59,632 nt of DNA from Clostridium sp. CAG:793 (GCA_000433915.1 HF993639.1:1-59632); one strand, 5' to 3'; counted from the first letter of the stretch, positions 48,194 to 57,520 are shown. The notes: a model not told the origin generated them from the sequence alone. Translations and numbers: made by a program.

Positions 48194-49216
48194 TTAAAAT
48201 TCTGTTATTTCTACTCCTGTATAAAAGTGTTTTATAATTTCTTCATAATTACTTCCCTGTTTTGCCATACTATCTGCTCCAGTCTGACTCATGCCAACTC
48301 CATGACCATATCCTGTTACTATAAACGTAACTTTTCCATTATTTATTTCAATTTTAAAGTTTGTTGATTTTAATCCTAATAAACTTCTTACTTCTACTCC
48401 TGATAATTTTAAATTTCCAATCTGTATATTCTTTACTCTTCCCGCTTCTGTGTATTCTAATATTTTTACTGAGTCTTGTTGACTAATATCTATATTAAAA
48501 TCTGAATGTTTGGCTCGAATTTTATTTATTAGTTCTTCTTGAGTTAAAGTTACTTCTGAACTGTACTGTGAATATCCTTCCTCTCCAGATGTTTGTACTG
48601 ATTGAAGATATGGGAAATTGGTTCCTCCCCATACATTTACTGGAATCTCTGTAATTCCTCCACTGTTTGAATGAAAAAATGCATCTATTACATCTCCATT
48701 GTATGTAATTACTTTTCCTTTCGTTGTATTTACTGCTTTTACAATCTTATTCCAGTATTCTTCTCTTACATCTTCATTCCATCTAGCTAGTCTATCTTCT
48801 TTTGAAATCCACGCTTGGCAACAAGTTGAGCTATCACATATATCAGCTCCTTCATGTTTATTCTTATTTCTTTTTATTGAATATATTGTATATGTTCTTG
48901 CTACTAATGCTTGTGCATTTAAAGCTTCTTGCTCAAAATTTGCTGGCATTTCAGCCGATACTACTCCTAGTAAATATTCATCTAATGGTATTTCTTCTAT
49001 TTTCTTATCTTTTTTATGTAATAGTTTAATTTTGTTATATTCTTTGTAATTATACTGTTCTACATTTTCATCTTTTTTTTCAATTATATTATTACTTACT
49101 TCTATTTCATTTTTTACATCGTTGTTATATGCAATTGTATATGACTTGGTTAGCAATGCTGGCATTATAAACATAAAAAATATTAATCCTATTATAGAGA
49201 AAACTATTTTTGTCAT
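48194..49216 (-). CDS. spoIID: Stage II sporulation protein D (lytic transglycosylase)
   Basis: The SpoIID/LytB domain is present: ALNAQALVARTY, FHSNSGGITE and GYGHGVGMSQ. An N-terminal TM helix is also present. Confidence 0.9.
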   Translation of the reverse strand: MTKIVFSIIGLIFFMFIMPALLTKSYTIAYNNDVKNEIEVSNNIIEKKDENVEQYNYKEYNKIKLLHKKDKKIEEIPLDEYLLGVVSAEMPANFEQEALNAQALVARTYTIYSIKRNKNKHEGADICDSSTCCQAWISKEDRLARWNEDVREEYWNKIVKAVNTTKGKVITYNGDVIDAFFHSNSGGITEIPVNVWGGTNFPYLQSVQTSGEEGYSQYSSEVTLTQEELINKIRAKHSDFNIDISQQDSVKILEYTEAGRVKNIQIGNLKLSGVEVRSLLGLKSTNFKIEINNGKVTFIVTGYGHGVGMSQTGADSMAKQGSNYEEIIKHFYTGVEITEF

Positions 49217-49217
49217 A

Positions 49218-49928
49218 TTATGCTTCTTTTAGTTCCTTTCCTAGATTTTCAAGTATCTTTTTTTCGATTCTAGATACCTGAACTTGACTTATTCCTATTA
49301 TATCTGCTACTTTCTTTTGTGTTTGATTTTTGTAATATCTTAAGTATATTATTTTCTTTTCTCTATTAGTTAGATTGTCTAAACATTGTTTTAATGCTAA
49401 AGAATTTACTACTCTATCTTCTACTCCATCTTTATTACTGATTCTATCCATTAATGATAAATCATCTGAGTCATCTCCTGATATCTTTTCTTCTAATGAT
49501 TTTATACAATTTGATGATTCCATTGCTAATGCAATCTCTTCTTTATCTATTTTTAGTTTTCTTGCAAGTTCTTCTACTGTTATTTCAGGATTTATCTTTT
49601 TTTCTGCTTCAATTTTTGTTGCTAATGCTTTTATACTTCTTGATATTTTTATTGGTCCATTGTCCCTTAGAAATCTTTTTATTTCTCCAATTATATAACT
49701 TACAGCAAATGTAGATAACATTACATTATATGAGAAATCAAATTTTTGTACTGCTTTTATAAATCCTATTGCTCCTATTTGATATATGTCATCAAATTCT
49801 AGTCCTCTGTTTTCAAATCTTTTTGAGATATTTATTATAAGACCTCTGTTCTCTATGACTAATTCGTTTAGCACCTCTTTATTTCCCTGTTGTGCTTCAA
49901 TAATTCTTTTCTTTAGATTTTCATCCAT
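49218..49928 (-). CDS. sigF: Sporulation sigma factor SigF (SpoIIAC)
   Basis: Sigma-70 regions 2-4 are present. It lies directly after spoIIAA-spoIIAB. Confidence 0.92.
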   Translation of the reverse strand: MDENLKKRIIEAQQGNKEVLNELVIENRGLIINISKRFENRGLEFDDIYQIGAIGFIKAVQKFDFSYNVMLSTFAVSYIIGEIKRFLRDNGPIKISRSIKALATKIEAEKKINPEITVEELARKLKIDKEEIALAMESSNCIKSLEEKISGDDSDDLSLMDRISNKDGVEDRVVNSLALKQCLDNLTNREKKIIYLRYYKNQTQKKVADIIGISQVQVSRIEKKILENLGKELKEA

Positions 49929-49946
49929 GAGCTTCTCCTATAATAT

Positions 49947-50453
49947 TCATTCATTTATTATCTTTTTATTTGAAGCTTCAATTTTATTTTCTAATTTATA
50001 TGTATCATTTTCATCATATTCTTTTGATTCTATCTTTTTCTTCATTATAACTTTTGTTCCAAAACCTATCGCAGATTCTACCTTTACTTCGTCCATGAAG
50101 CTTTCCATTATTGTAAATCCCATTCCGGATCTCTCTAAGTCAGGTTTAGATGTATATAATGGTCTCATTGCCATTTCTACATTTTCTATTCCTTTTCCTC
50201 TATCTGAAATCACAATTTCTATATTATTTGCAAATATCTTTGCTTCTATTTTTACGATCCCATCTTCATCATCATATCCATGGATTATGCTATTGGTTAC
50301 TGCTTCTGACACTGCTGTTTTTATGTCTGATAACTCATCTATTGTTGGGTCTAATTGTGCAGCAAAGGCAGCTACTGTTATCCTAGCAAATGCTTCATTG
50401 CTAGTTTTACTTGTAAATTCTAATTTCATCTCATTGTCATATAATCCCTTCAT
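49947..50453 (-). CDS. spoIIAB: Anti-sigma F factor SpoIIAB (serine kinase)
   Basis: It is GHKL-type: [17 protein letters not shown] and [10 protein letters not shown]. The ATG at 50453 lies 6 nt after GAGGAGG, and the ORF-track ATG at 50468 sits within that RBS. There is a C-terminal extension of about 25 aa. Confidence 0.92.
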   Translation of the reverse strand: MKGLYDNEMKLEFTSKTSNEAFARITVAAFAAQLDPTIDELSDIKTAVSEAVTNSIIHGYDDEDGIVKIEAKIFANNIEIVISDRGKGIENVEMAMRPLYTSKPDLERSGMGFTIMESFMDEVKVESAIGFGTKVIMKKKIESKEYDENDTYKLENKIEASNKKIINE

Positions 50454-50775
50454 TATTTTCCTCCTCATCCATTTGTATTGGTATTATCCTTGATACTCCA
50501 CTCATATCAAATATTCTTTTTAATCTCTTTTTTACATTTATTATTTCAAATTGTCCTCCTAATAATTTTACTAATTTATATCTTCCTAATACCATTCCTA
50601 TTCCTGAGCTATCCATAAATAAAATGTCACTAAAATCAAATATAACTTTTCTTGGACTAAATCTTTCAATGTCACCGTCTACCTTTCTTCTAATTTTGTC
50701 AGCTGTATGCTGATCAATTTCTTCTGTTAATTTAAAAGTTAATACTTTTCCCTCTTTTGAATATGTTGAAATCAC
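50437..50775 (-). CDS. spoIIAA: Anti-sigma F factor antagonist SpoIIAA (STAS domain)
   Basis: The phosphorylatable-Ser context is [14 protein letters not shown]. It uses a GTG start with an AAGGAGGG RBS. Confidence 0.92.
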   Translation of the reverse strand: MISTYSKEGKVLTFKLTEEIDQHTADKIRRKVDGDIERFSPRKVIFDFSDILFMDSSGIGMVLGRYKLVKLLGGQFEIINVKKRLKRIFDMSGVSRIIPIQMDEEENNEGII

Positions 50776-50864
50776 ATTTTCCCTCCTTTACATCTTTTTA
50801 TGCAATAAAAAAAGAAACTATATATATTATAGTTCCTTTTTCCATATATATCCATAGGATATTT

Positions 50865-50890
50865 TGTCGAATCTTGACAAGTTTTCGACA
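50865..50890. promoter_or_regulatory. Inverted pair of perfect Spo0A boxes upstream of the spoIIA operon
   Basis: TGTCGAA (50865-50871) and TTCGACA (50884-50890) lie about 90-115 nt upstream of the spoIIAA start. Spo0A activation of spoIIA is well established. Confidence 0.6.
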
Positions 50891-50892
50891 TT

Positions 50893-52101
50893 TTATTTCT
50901 TTAATACTTCACTTACTACATTTCCTATTGAAGAATTTGTATTTTCTTCTATTTTATTTGATTCCGTTGTATCATTAGTTTCATTTACAACTTCTGTTAC
51001 TTTATCATTATTACTTTCCCCAGCATTATTTGTAATAGTATTTGTTGTTTCATTTGTGATTTCATTTTTCTCTGTCTTCTCTTCATCTTCTGTTACTGTT
51101 TCTGTTACTTCTGTTGATATAGCAATTTTTAAAGTTATATATTTTGCATATAATGAAGCATTATCAAATACTAATTTTGAGTTTTGTATTACCCAATGTG
51201 ATTTATTTTCAAGTAAGAAATTTAATAAGTCTATTGTTTTTGTATATGTGTTTTCTACTGATTTTTTGGTTGCTGATATTTCTTCTTTTTCTTTTGCTAT
51301 CATTTCTGACAATTTGCTATTTCCAAAGAAGTAGTTTCTATATAATTCTATATATTCACTATTTACATTTTCAGTGCTTATTCTTGCCATTATATTGTCT
51401 TTTTCAAGTAACGCTTGTACTTTAGCAGCATCTTTACTAAATTGTTCTTTAGCTTCTGTAACTTCTGATACTGTTTCCTCAAATATTTTACCATCAGTTC
51501 CATAGCTACTTACATTTAATACGTCTTCTAGTAGTTCTTGTTCTCTAGTTATATCTTCCATAAGCTTTTTGTAGCTATCTGAATATTCTTTAAAATATTG
51601 TTTTATTGTTCTTTCTACTGCGGCATAACTTCCTGATGTTTTTATTTCTATTGAGTCAAAAGAATCTGTTGCTACATTTTTATTTGTTAATTTTTCAACT
51701 TCTTCATTAAGTAAGTGTGCTTGCTTATCTCCAGATAATTTTAAACCTAGCATTCCTAAAGCTACAATACATATAACTACACAAACTACTGAAAACCATT
51801 TTCCGTTTTTGCCTTTTTTTGCTGCCTTTCCATTATTAGTTTCTTCTATTTTTTTCATTACGTTTTCGTCAACTGTAACTTTTCCAGCAACTTTAAATTC
51901 TTTATCTGCTGGTACTTTTTTATTTTCTGTGGCTGCCTTATCTGTCTTTTCTACTTTAGTCTGTTTTTTTGCTTTTTCTTGTTTCTCTGCTTTTGGCTTT
52001 TCTTTCTTTTCTACTTTTGGTTCTGCTTTCTTATTTGTATTTTTTACTTCTGCACCTTTCTTTTCTTTTACTTCTTCATTCTTTTTTGATTCATCAGCCA
52101 T
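50893..52101 (-). CDS. Hypothetical single-pass membrane protein with a K/E-rich N-terminus and an acidic T/N/E-rich C-terminal tail
   Basis: The start MADESKK at 52101 lies 8 nt after AAGGAG. The TM helix is WFSVVCVVICIVALGMLGL. No known domain was recognised. Confidence 0.6.
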   Translation of the reverse strand: MADESKKNEEVKEKKGAEVKNTNKKAEPKVEKKEKPKAEKQEKAKKQTKVEKTDKAATENKKVPADKEFKVAGKVTVDENVMKKIEETNNGKAAKKGKNGKWFSVVCVVICIVALGMLGLKLSGDKQAHLLNEEVEKLTNKNVATDSFDSIEIKTSGSYAAVERTIKQYFKEYSDSYKKLMEDITREQELLEDVLNVSSYGTDGKIFEETVSEVTEAKEQFSKDAAKVQALLEKDNIMARISTENVNSEYIELYRNYFFGNSKLSEMIAKEKEEISATKKSVENTYTKTIDLLNFLLENKSHWVIQNSKLVFDNASLYAKYITLKIAISTEVTETVTEDEEKTEKNEITNETTNTITNNAGESNNDKVTEVVNETNDTTESNKIEENTNSSIGNVVSEVLKK

Positions 52102-52117
52102 TTTATATACTCCTTTC

Positions 52118-54793
52118 CTATTGCATACTTGCAATTCTTGCTTTTATATCTTCAAGCATTTTGGTGTATTTTATTAATTTGTCTTTTTCATCATTTATTT
52201 TACTTTCTGGTGCTTTTTCTAGGAAACCTTTGTTAGAAAGTATTCCTTTGCTTCTTTGTACTTCTTTTTCTAATTTTTCTTTTTCTTTCTCGAGTCTTGC
52301 TATCTCTTCTTTAATATTTACCAAATCTTCAAATGGCATATATAATTCGATTCCTTCTGTTATAACACTTATACTATTATCTGATATTCCTGTTTTATCA
52401 GATTGGATTTTTATTTCTGATCCCATTCCTAATTTTTGTAGGAAATTTCTTGACTCGTCAATTTCTTTCGCATATTTTGTTGTAACAAATATTAATTCTG
52501 CTTTTTTGCTTGGATGTATATCCATATTAGCTCTAATGTTTCTTATTCCAACTATTATTTCTTTGAATTTTCCTATTGTGTCTTTATTTGTATCGTATTC
52601 AACTTTTTTACTGCCATCTGGCCATTTTGTAAGCATTAAAGGAACTTCTTTGCAACTTGCAAGGCTCGCATATATTTCTGATGTAACAAATGGCATAAAT
52701 GGATGTAATAGTTGCATTGCTTGTTTAAATACATAATTTAATACATAACTTACTTGTACTTTCTCAGCTTGGTCTTCACTATATAATCTTGATTTAGCCA
52801 TCTCTATATACCAATCGCAAAATTCATCCCATATGAATGTATATATATTATCAAGTGCTATTCCTAGATCATAATCATTGATATTCTTAGTTACTTTATT
52901 TACAAGTGTTTCAAGTTCATTTATTATCCACTCATCTTCTATTTTTAGTGAACCTTGCTTGAATTTTCCTGTTCGTGCATCTGTATTATCTTTGCAGAAT
53001 GCTATTATTTCCTCTTTTGATGAAATGTTATTACTAATAAATTTAGCTGCATTCCAAATTTTATTTGCAAAGTTTGATGCTTGTTCTAATTTTTCAGGCA
53101 TATATTTTATGTCATTTCCCATTGTTGTTCCTGAAATTAGAGAGAATCTTAAGCTATCTGCACCATATTTATCTATGATTTCTAATGGATCAATTCCATT
53201 TCCTAAGCTCTTAGACATTTTTCTTCCTTGGCTATCACGTACTAATCCATGTATTACTACATCTTTAAATGGTTGCTCTTTTGTTGCATAATATGATGAA
53301 AATACCATTCTAATTACCCAGAATAATATTATGTCATATCCTGTAACTAATGTGTTAGTTGGAAAGAATGTTTTGAAATCCTCACTTTCAGTGTCTGGCC
53401 ATCCCATTGTTGAGAAAGGCCATAATGCTGAGCTAAACCATGTATCAAGTGTATCTGGATCTTGATGTAATTCAGTACTTCCACATGATTTGCATTTGCT
53501 TGGAGTTTCTTTTGCAACTGTTATGTGTCCACATTTATCACAATAATATGCTGGTATTCTATGTCCCCACCATAATTGTCTTGATATACACCAATCCTGA
53601 ATATTTTCTAGCCAGTTAAAATATGTTTTTTCGTATTTTTTAGGAACGAATTTTACTTCTCCATTTTTTACTGCTTCTATTGCTGGTTTTGCAAGTTCTT
53701 TCATTGCTACGAACCATTGCTCTGATATACGAGGCTCAACAATTCCGTGGCATCTGTAACATGTTCCTACATTATGTGTATAGTCTTCTATTCTTACTAG
53801 ATTTCCTAATTCTTTTAATTTATCAACGATTATTGGACGTGCATCTATTGATTTCGTTCCTTTTAATTCTGGAACTAAATCATTCATTACCGAATGGTCA
53901 TCAAATACTTCTATTATTTCAAGATTGTGTTTTAATCCTGCTTGATAATCATTTGGATCATGAGCTGGTGTAACTTTAACACATCCTGTTCCAAATTCTT
54001 TGTCTACAAATTCATCAGCTATAATAGGTATCTCTCTATTAACTATTGGTACTATACATTTCTTTCCTACAAGATTTTTATATCTTTCATCTGTTGGATT
54101 AACTGCTACTGCTGTATCTCCTAACATCGTTTCTGGTCTTGTAGTTGCAACTTCTACGAAATTATCTTCTCCAACAATCTTGTATTTTAAATGCCATAAA
54201 TGTGAAGGTTGTTCAACATATTCAACCTCAGCGTCTGATAATGATGTATGGCAATTAGGACACCAGTTTATCATTCTCTTGCCTTTATATATCTTGCCAT
54301 CATTATATAGGTTAACAAATTCCTCAAGAACTGCATCTGATAAGCCTTTATCTAGGGTAAATCTTGCTCTATTCCAATCACATGAACAGCCTAATTTTCT
54401 TTGTTGTTCTTGTATTGTTCCTCCATAAAGTCTAGTCCATTCCCATGCTTTTTCAAGAAATTTTTCTCTTCCTATATCTTGTTTTGATATTCCTTCTGAT
54501 TTTAATTTTTCTGTAACTTTTACTTCTGTTGCTATTGATGCATGGTCTGTTCCTGGTAACCATAGAGTGTTATATCCTTGCATTCTCTTAGTTCTAATTA
54601 AAATATCTTGTATTGTTCCATCTAAAGCATGTCCCATGTGTAGCTTTCCTGTTACATTTGGTGGAGGCATAACTATTGAGTATGAAGGATGAGACTTGTC
54701 CATACTAGGCTTAAAATATCCTTTTTCTTCCCACTCACTATATAATTTATCTTCAAAATCCTTTGGATTGTATTTATCTGCTAATTTCTTCAT
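52118..54793 (-). CDS. valS: Valyl-tRNA synthetase
   Basis: It is class I, with HMGH (HIGH-type) and KMSKS motifs, an editing domain and a C-terminal coiled coil (891 aa). Confidence 0.96.
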   Translation of the reverse strand: MKKLADKYNPKDFEDKLYSEWEEKGYFKPSMDKSHPSYSIVMPPPNVTGKLHMGHALDGTIQDILIRTKRMQGYNTLWLPGTDHASIATEVKVTEKLKSEGISKQDIGREKFLEKAWEWTRLYGGTIQEQQRKLGCSCDWNRARFTLDKGLSDAVLEEFVNLYNDGKIYKGKRMINWCPNCHTSLSDAEVEYVEQPSHLWHLKYKIVGEDNFVEVATTRPETMLGDTAVAVNPTDERYKNLVGKKCIVPIVNREIPIIADEFVDKEFGTGCVKVTPAHDPNDYQAGLKHNLEIIEVFDDHSVMNDLVPELKGTKSIDARPIIVDKLKELGNLVRIEDYTHNVGTCYRCHGIVEPRISEQWFVAMKELAKPAIEAVKNGEVKFVPKKYEKTYFNWLENIQDWCISRQLWWGHRIPAYYCDKCGHITVAKETPSKCKSCGSTELHQDPDTLDTWFSSALWPFSTMGWPDTESEDFKTFFPTNTLVTGYDIILFWVIRMVFSSYYATKEQPFKDVVIHGLVRDSQGRKMSKSLGNGIDPLEIIDKYGADSLRFSLISGTTMGNDIKYMPEKLEQASNFANKIWNAAKFISNNISSKEEIIAFCKDNTDARTGKFKQGSLKIEDEWIINELETLVNKVTKNINDYDLGIALDNIYTFIWDEFCDWYIEMAKSRLYSEDQAEKVQVSYVLNYVFKQAMQLLHPFMPFVTSEIYASLASCKEVPLMLTKWPDGSKKVEYDTNKDTIGKFKEIIVGIRNIRANMDIHPSKKAELIFVTTKYAKEIDESRNFLQKLGMGSEIKIQSDKTGISDNSISVITEGIELYMPFEDLVNIKEEIARLEKEKEKLEKEVQRSKGILSNKGFLEKAPESKINDEKDKLIKYTKMLEDIKARIASMQ

Positions 54794-54819
54794 ATCTTTA
54801 CATTCCTTATTTTATATTT

Positions 54820-54996
54820 TTATTTAATCATGCAATATATGACTCCACATATTACACACATTACTATTCCTATTAATTTTAATATTGTACACATTTTATT
54901 GCTGTCTTCACTGCTGAAAAACTTTTGACTAATTTTTCTTGCATCATAAATGCATGTAACTCCGATTGCAATAATAATTAATAAAATTATCTTCAT
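54820..54996 (-). CDS. 58-aa two-TM micro-protein (below the ORF-track cutoff)
   Basis: It encodes MKIILLIIIAIGVTCIYDARKISQKFFSSEDSNKMCTILKLIGIVMCVICGVIYCMIK. An AAAGGA RBS lies 9 nt upstream. The stop is 26 nt before valS. Confidence 0.45.
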   Translation of the reverse strand: MKIILLIIIAIGVTCIYDARKISQKFFSSEDSNKMCTILKLIGIVMCVICGVIYCMIK

Positions 54997-55066
54997 AGTT
55001 ATACATCCTTTAATTTAGTGTTTATATAGATAATTTGTATTATAAATTATCATATTTATGCTTTCT

Positions 55067-55939
55067 TTAGTTAAAAAATTCAACACTGAATTTATTTTCA
55101 AATTCTTCACCTGGTGTTAATGTTATCATATCAGGCTTTTTTGCAAATACATTTGTGCTATTGATTCTGTCTGCTGTTGACATCCATGGCTCTAAGCATA
55201 TAAATGGTGCACCTGGTTTTGACCAAATTCCAAGATATGGCCATCCATTGAAATCCATTGTTAATACTGTTTTTCTTGTTCTACTATTCTTTAAGCTAAT
55301 TTTTTTATTTTGGATTCCTTTTACTATAATTGCATCATTGTCAAATGTATGTTCATTTAATGAAATTCTTCTATTTCCTTCTAGTATGTTTTTGGCATAC
55401 TCTGTTCCAACTAAGCCATCAATTAAATACAAGAAATGTGCTCTTGTTTCTTCTTCAGCAAATTCTAAATAATAATTACCTCTTTTTAAATCGTCTTGAT
55501 CTATTTTGAATGCTGGATGTGAGCCTAATCCTATTGGCATATTAGAATTTCCTGTATTTATTACTTTATATATAAATATTAATTTGTTTTCTTCCTGTCT
55601 GTATGTATTATAAAGTTCAAAGTCAAATGGATATCTAGCCATTGTATATTTGTTGCTTTTTAAAACATATGAATGAAAATTATCAAGCTTTGTTACAGGC
55701 TCAAATTCCATGTCTCTTGCAAATCCATGTTGTAAGATTTCATACGTTCTTCCATTTATAATTGTTTGATTTCTCTTTAGCTTTCCGACTATTGGAAATA
55801 GAACTGGTGCATGTCTCTTCCAGTATACTTTTCCATTATCATCTCTTGCTTCTTCTCCTTGGTGTATTTTTTCAATTCCCTCTAGTTTAAAACTTAATAG
55901 TTCTCCACCAGCGCTCGTCGTTGTCATAAGAGCTCCCAT
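55067..55939 (-). CDS. Aldose 1-epimerase family protein (LacX/YihR-like)
   Basis: Motifs: HAPVLFPIVGKLK, QHGFARD and GSHPAF. The N-terminus is shorter than is typical for the family. Confidence 0.8.
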   Translation of the reverse strand: MGALMTTTSAGGELLSFKLEGIEKIHQGEEARDDNGKVYWKRHAPVLFPIVGKLKRNQTIINGRTYEILQHGFARDMEFEPVTKLDNFHSYVLKSNKYTMARYPFDFELYNTYRQEENKLIFIYKVINTGNSNMPIGLGSHPAFKIDQDDLKRGNYYLEFAEEETRAHFLYLIDGLVGTEYAKNILEGNRRISLNEHTFDNDAIIVKGIQNKKISLKNSRTRKTVLTMDFNGWPYLGIWSKPGAPFICLEPWMSTADRINSTNVFAKKPDMITLTPGEEFENKFSVEFFN

Positions 55940-56052
55940 GGCTAATTTCCTTTCTAAAGTAAAGTCTATTTTTTATGTTATTATTATATTATTTTATTGC
56001 CAAAAGGTCAATAATTTCAAGGAAATTACACCTAAAAAGTAATATTTAAAAC

Positions 56053-56092
56053 ACAAAAAATAACAAGTATCATTTAGCGTGTACTTGTTATT
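56053..56092 (-). terminator. Terminator after greA
   Basis: AATAACAAGTA pairs with TACTTGTTATT, an 11-bp stem, followed by a U-run on the minus strand. Confidence 0.7.
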
Positions 56093-56101
56093 TTTCATTT
56101 T

Positions 56102-56578
56102 TTATTTCTTTATAGATAATACTTTAAATTGTGCAACCCCTGCTGGTACATTTGCTGTTACCACTTCACCTTTTTTAGCACCTAATAAAGCTGAACCAAT
56201 TGGAGATTCATTTGATATTTTGTTTTGTGCTAAATCAACTTCTGTAGATCCAACTATTGTATATGTAACATCTTCGTCAAAGTCCATGTCGTGAACTTCT
56301 ACTGTGTTTCCTACTTGTACAGTCTTTGTATCTATTTCAGATTCATCGATAATCTTTGCATGTCTTAATTTATTTTCTAATTCAATTATTTTATTTTCAT
56401 TAGCCTCTTGAGCAGATTTTGCTTCATCATATTCAGAGTTTTCAGATAAATCTCCATATCCTAATGCTATCTTGATTCTTCCTGCGATCTCTGTTCTTTC
56501 TGTTGTCTTTAAATACTCTAATTGTTGTTCCAACTTGTCAAATCCTTCTTGAGTTAAGATTACCTCTTCGTTGTCCAT
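56102..56578 (-). CDS. greA: Transcription elongation factor GreA
   Basis: It starts MDNEEVILTQEGFDKLEQQLEYLK at 56578, after AGGAGGG. It has the coiled-coil and FKBP-like C-terminal domains. The ORF-track extension is upstream of the RBS. Confidence 0.93.
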   Translation of the reverse strand: MDNEEVILTQEGFDKLEQQLEYLKTTERTEIAGRIKIALGYGDLSENSEYDEAKSAQEANENKIIELENKLRHAKIIDESEIDTKTVQVGNTVEVHDMDFDEDVTYTIVGSTEVDLAQNKISNESPIGSALLGAKKGEVVTANVPAGVAQFKVLSIKK

Positions 56579-56623
56579 GAGTATCCCTCCTTTGCATACA
56601 GTATTTTGAAATTCAATTTTTAT

Positions 56624-56652
56624 ATAATAATGCAAATTATCATTTTTGTCAA
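56624..56652 (-). promoter_or_regulatory. Sigma-A promoter of greA
   Basis: On the minus strand: TTGACA (56647-56652), 17 nt, then TATTAT (56624-56629). Confidence 0.55.
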
Positions 56653-56669
56653 TACTATTTTCAAAGATT

Positions 56670-56843
56670 TTACAATTTGGTCACTTTATTTGCTTTCTCG
56701 ATTCTTTTGAAATCTTCTTGGCTGATTTCTCTGGTTCCTTTAACGCTTATAATGCTTAATTTTGCTAGGTTTATATAATCTCTTGCTTTATTGTATTCTT
56801 TTAATTTTAATATTTCCGCTTCTATCAAACTTGATTTATCCAT
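56670..56843 (-). CDS. Possible 57-aa helical micro-protein
   Basis: It encodes MDKSSLIEAEILKLKEYNKARDYINLAKLSIISVKGTREISQEDFKRIEKANKVTKL. The RBS is weak. It fills the gap between the 206-aa ORF and the greA promoter. Confidence 0.25.
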   Translation of the reverse strand: MDKSSLIEAEILKLKEYNKARDYINLAKLSIISVKGTREISQEDFKRIEKANKVTKL

Positions 56844-56874
56844 GTTCTCATATTCGCTAAATATTCTCTTTACT

Positions 56875-57495
56875 TTATCTGTTCCGTACTTTTACTGATT
56901 TTATGTATATTCCTTCAAATCCTTTAGATAATTTTAAATTTCCTGTAAGATCAATTATTGTCATTGTTCGATTGTAATTGTAATTTGCTATGTTTTTGAA
57001 GTCCATATTTATAACTAATATTGCTCTTTTTAAAGATTTTCTAGGATTGTTATTCACAGTTATATATATGCCTTCTTTTTCTAGTTCGTTTTCTAATTTC
57101 GTATAGTTTTTGTTATTAGATATTATGTTTACAGTTTTTACTTTGTTTACTAGTTCTTTGATTATTGATATATTTTCATTAGAATATATTTGTGTGCAAA
57201 TGTTTATTTCCTGTGACATTGGATTGATTTGTCTCATAATATAGTCTACTAATTCTGGTAACATATATTTTATTAGATATTGCCCCTCTAATTGCGGGTA
57301 ATTTATTGATATTTCTTTTTCTGGAATAATATAATCTACTTTGTCTTTTCTAAGCATTCTTATTAGTTTATCTATTGTCTTTTTTTCTTTATCTAAGATG
57401 TAATAGTTTTCATCTTTAGCTTTAAATGCTTTTACAAACCACTTTTTTAATTTATATTTAATTAAATTAATCCATCCTTTTTGTGGCTGGTCCAT
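56875..57495 (-). CDS. Hypothetical protein (about 206 aa)
   Basis: The ORF is intact. The ORF-track GTG start at 57525 lies inside the upstream terminator hairpin, so the ATG at 57495 (MDQPQKGW) is more likely. No motif was recognised. Confidence 0.5.
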   Translation of the reverse strand: MDQPQKGWINLIKYKLKKWFVKAFKAKDENYYILDKEKKTIDKLIRMLRKDKVDYIIPEKEISINYPQLEGQYLIKYMLPELVDYIMRQINPMSQEINICTQIYSNENISIIKELVNKVKTVNIISNNKNYTKLENELEKEGIYITVNNNPRKSLKRAILVINMDFKNIANYNYNRTMTIIDLTGNLKLSKGFEGIYIKSVKVRNR

Positions 57496-57520
57496 TTTTA
57501 TATATGCAATATTCAAAATA

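Noticed and set aside
50776-50860. Sigma-H promoter for spoIIAA (AAAGGAACT at about 50836-50844 on the minus strand)
   Set aside because: The -35-like AAAGGAA element is present. I could not find a matching GAAT-type -10 at the proper spacing, so no promoter feature was called.
738-52736. Numerous plus-strand ORFs of 60-255 aa antisense to annotated genes (for example 5040-5615, 21543-22025, 30824-31285, 36093-36551, 49786-50493, 51969-52736)
   Set aside because: They are shadow ORFs lying entirely inside well-supported minus-strand genes. They have low-complexity F/L/S/I-rich translations typical of the antisense of AT-rich coding DNA, and they lack ribosome-binding sites.
54794-55066. T-box riboswitch upstream of valS
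   Set aside because: No T-box consensus or specifier-loop architecture is visible, and most of the interval is a small coding ORF. This is reported instead as an absence worth checking with a covariance model.
55895-55939. Locally GC-rich 5' end of the aldose epimerase gene containing adjacent NcoI (CCATGG), SacI (GAGCTC) and AGCGCT sites, which might suggest an engineered or foreign junction
   Set aside because: The stretch is only about 40 nt, in frame, preceded by a normal RBS, and encodes the GGELLSF strand expected for the family. Short GC-rich patches occur by chance, and there is no vector-like sequence around it.
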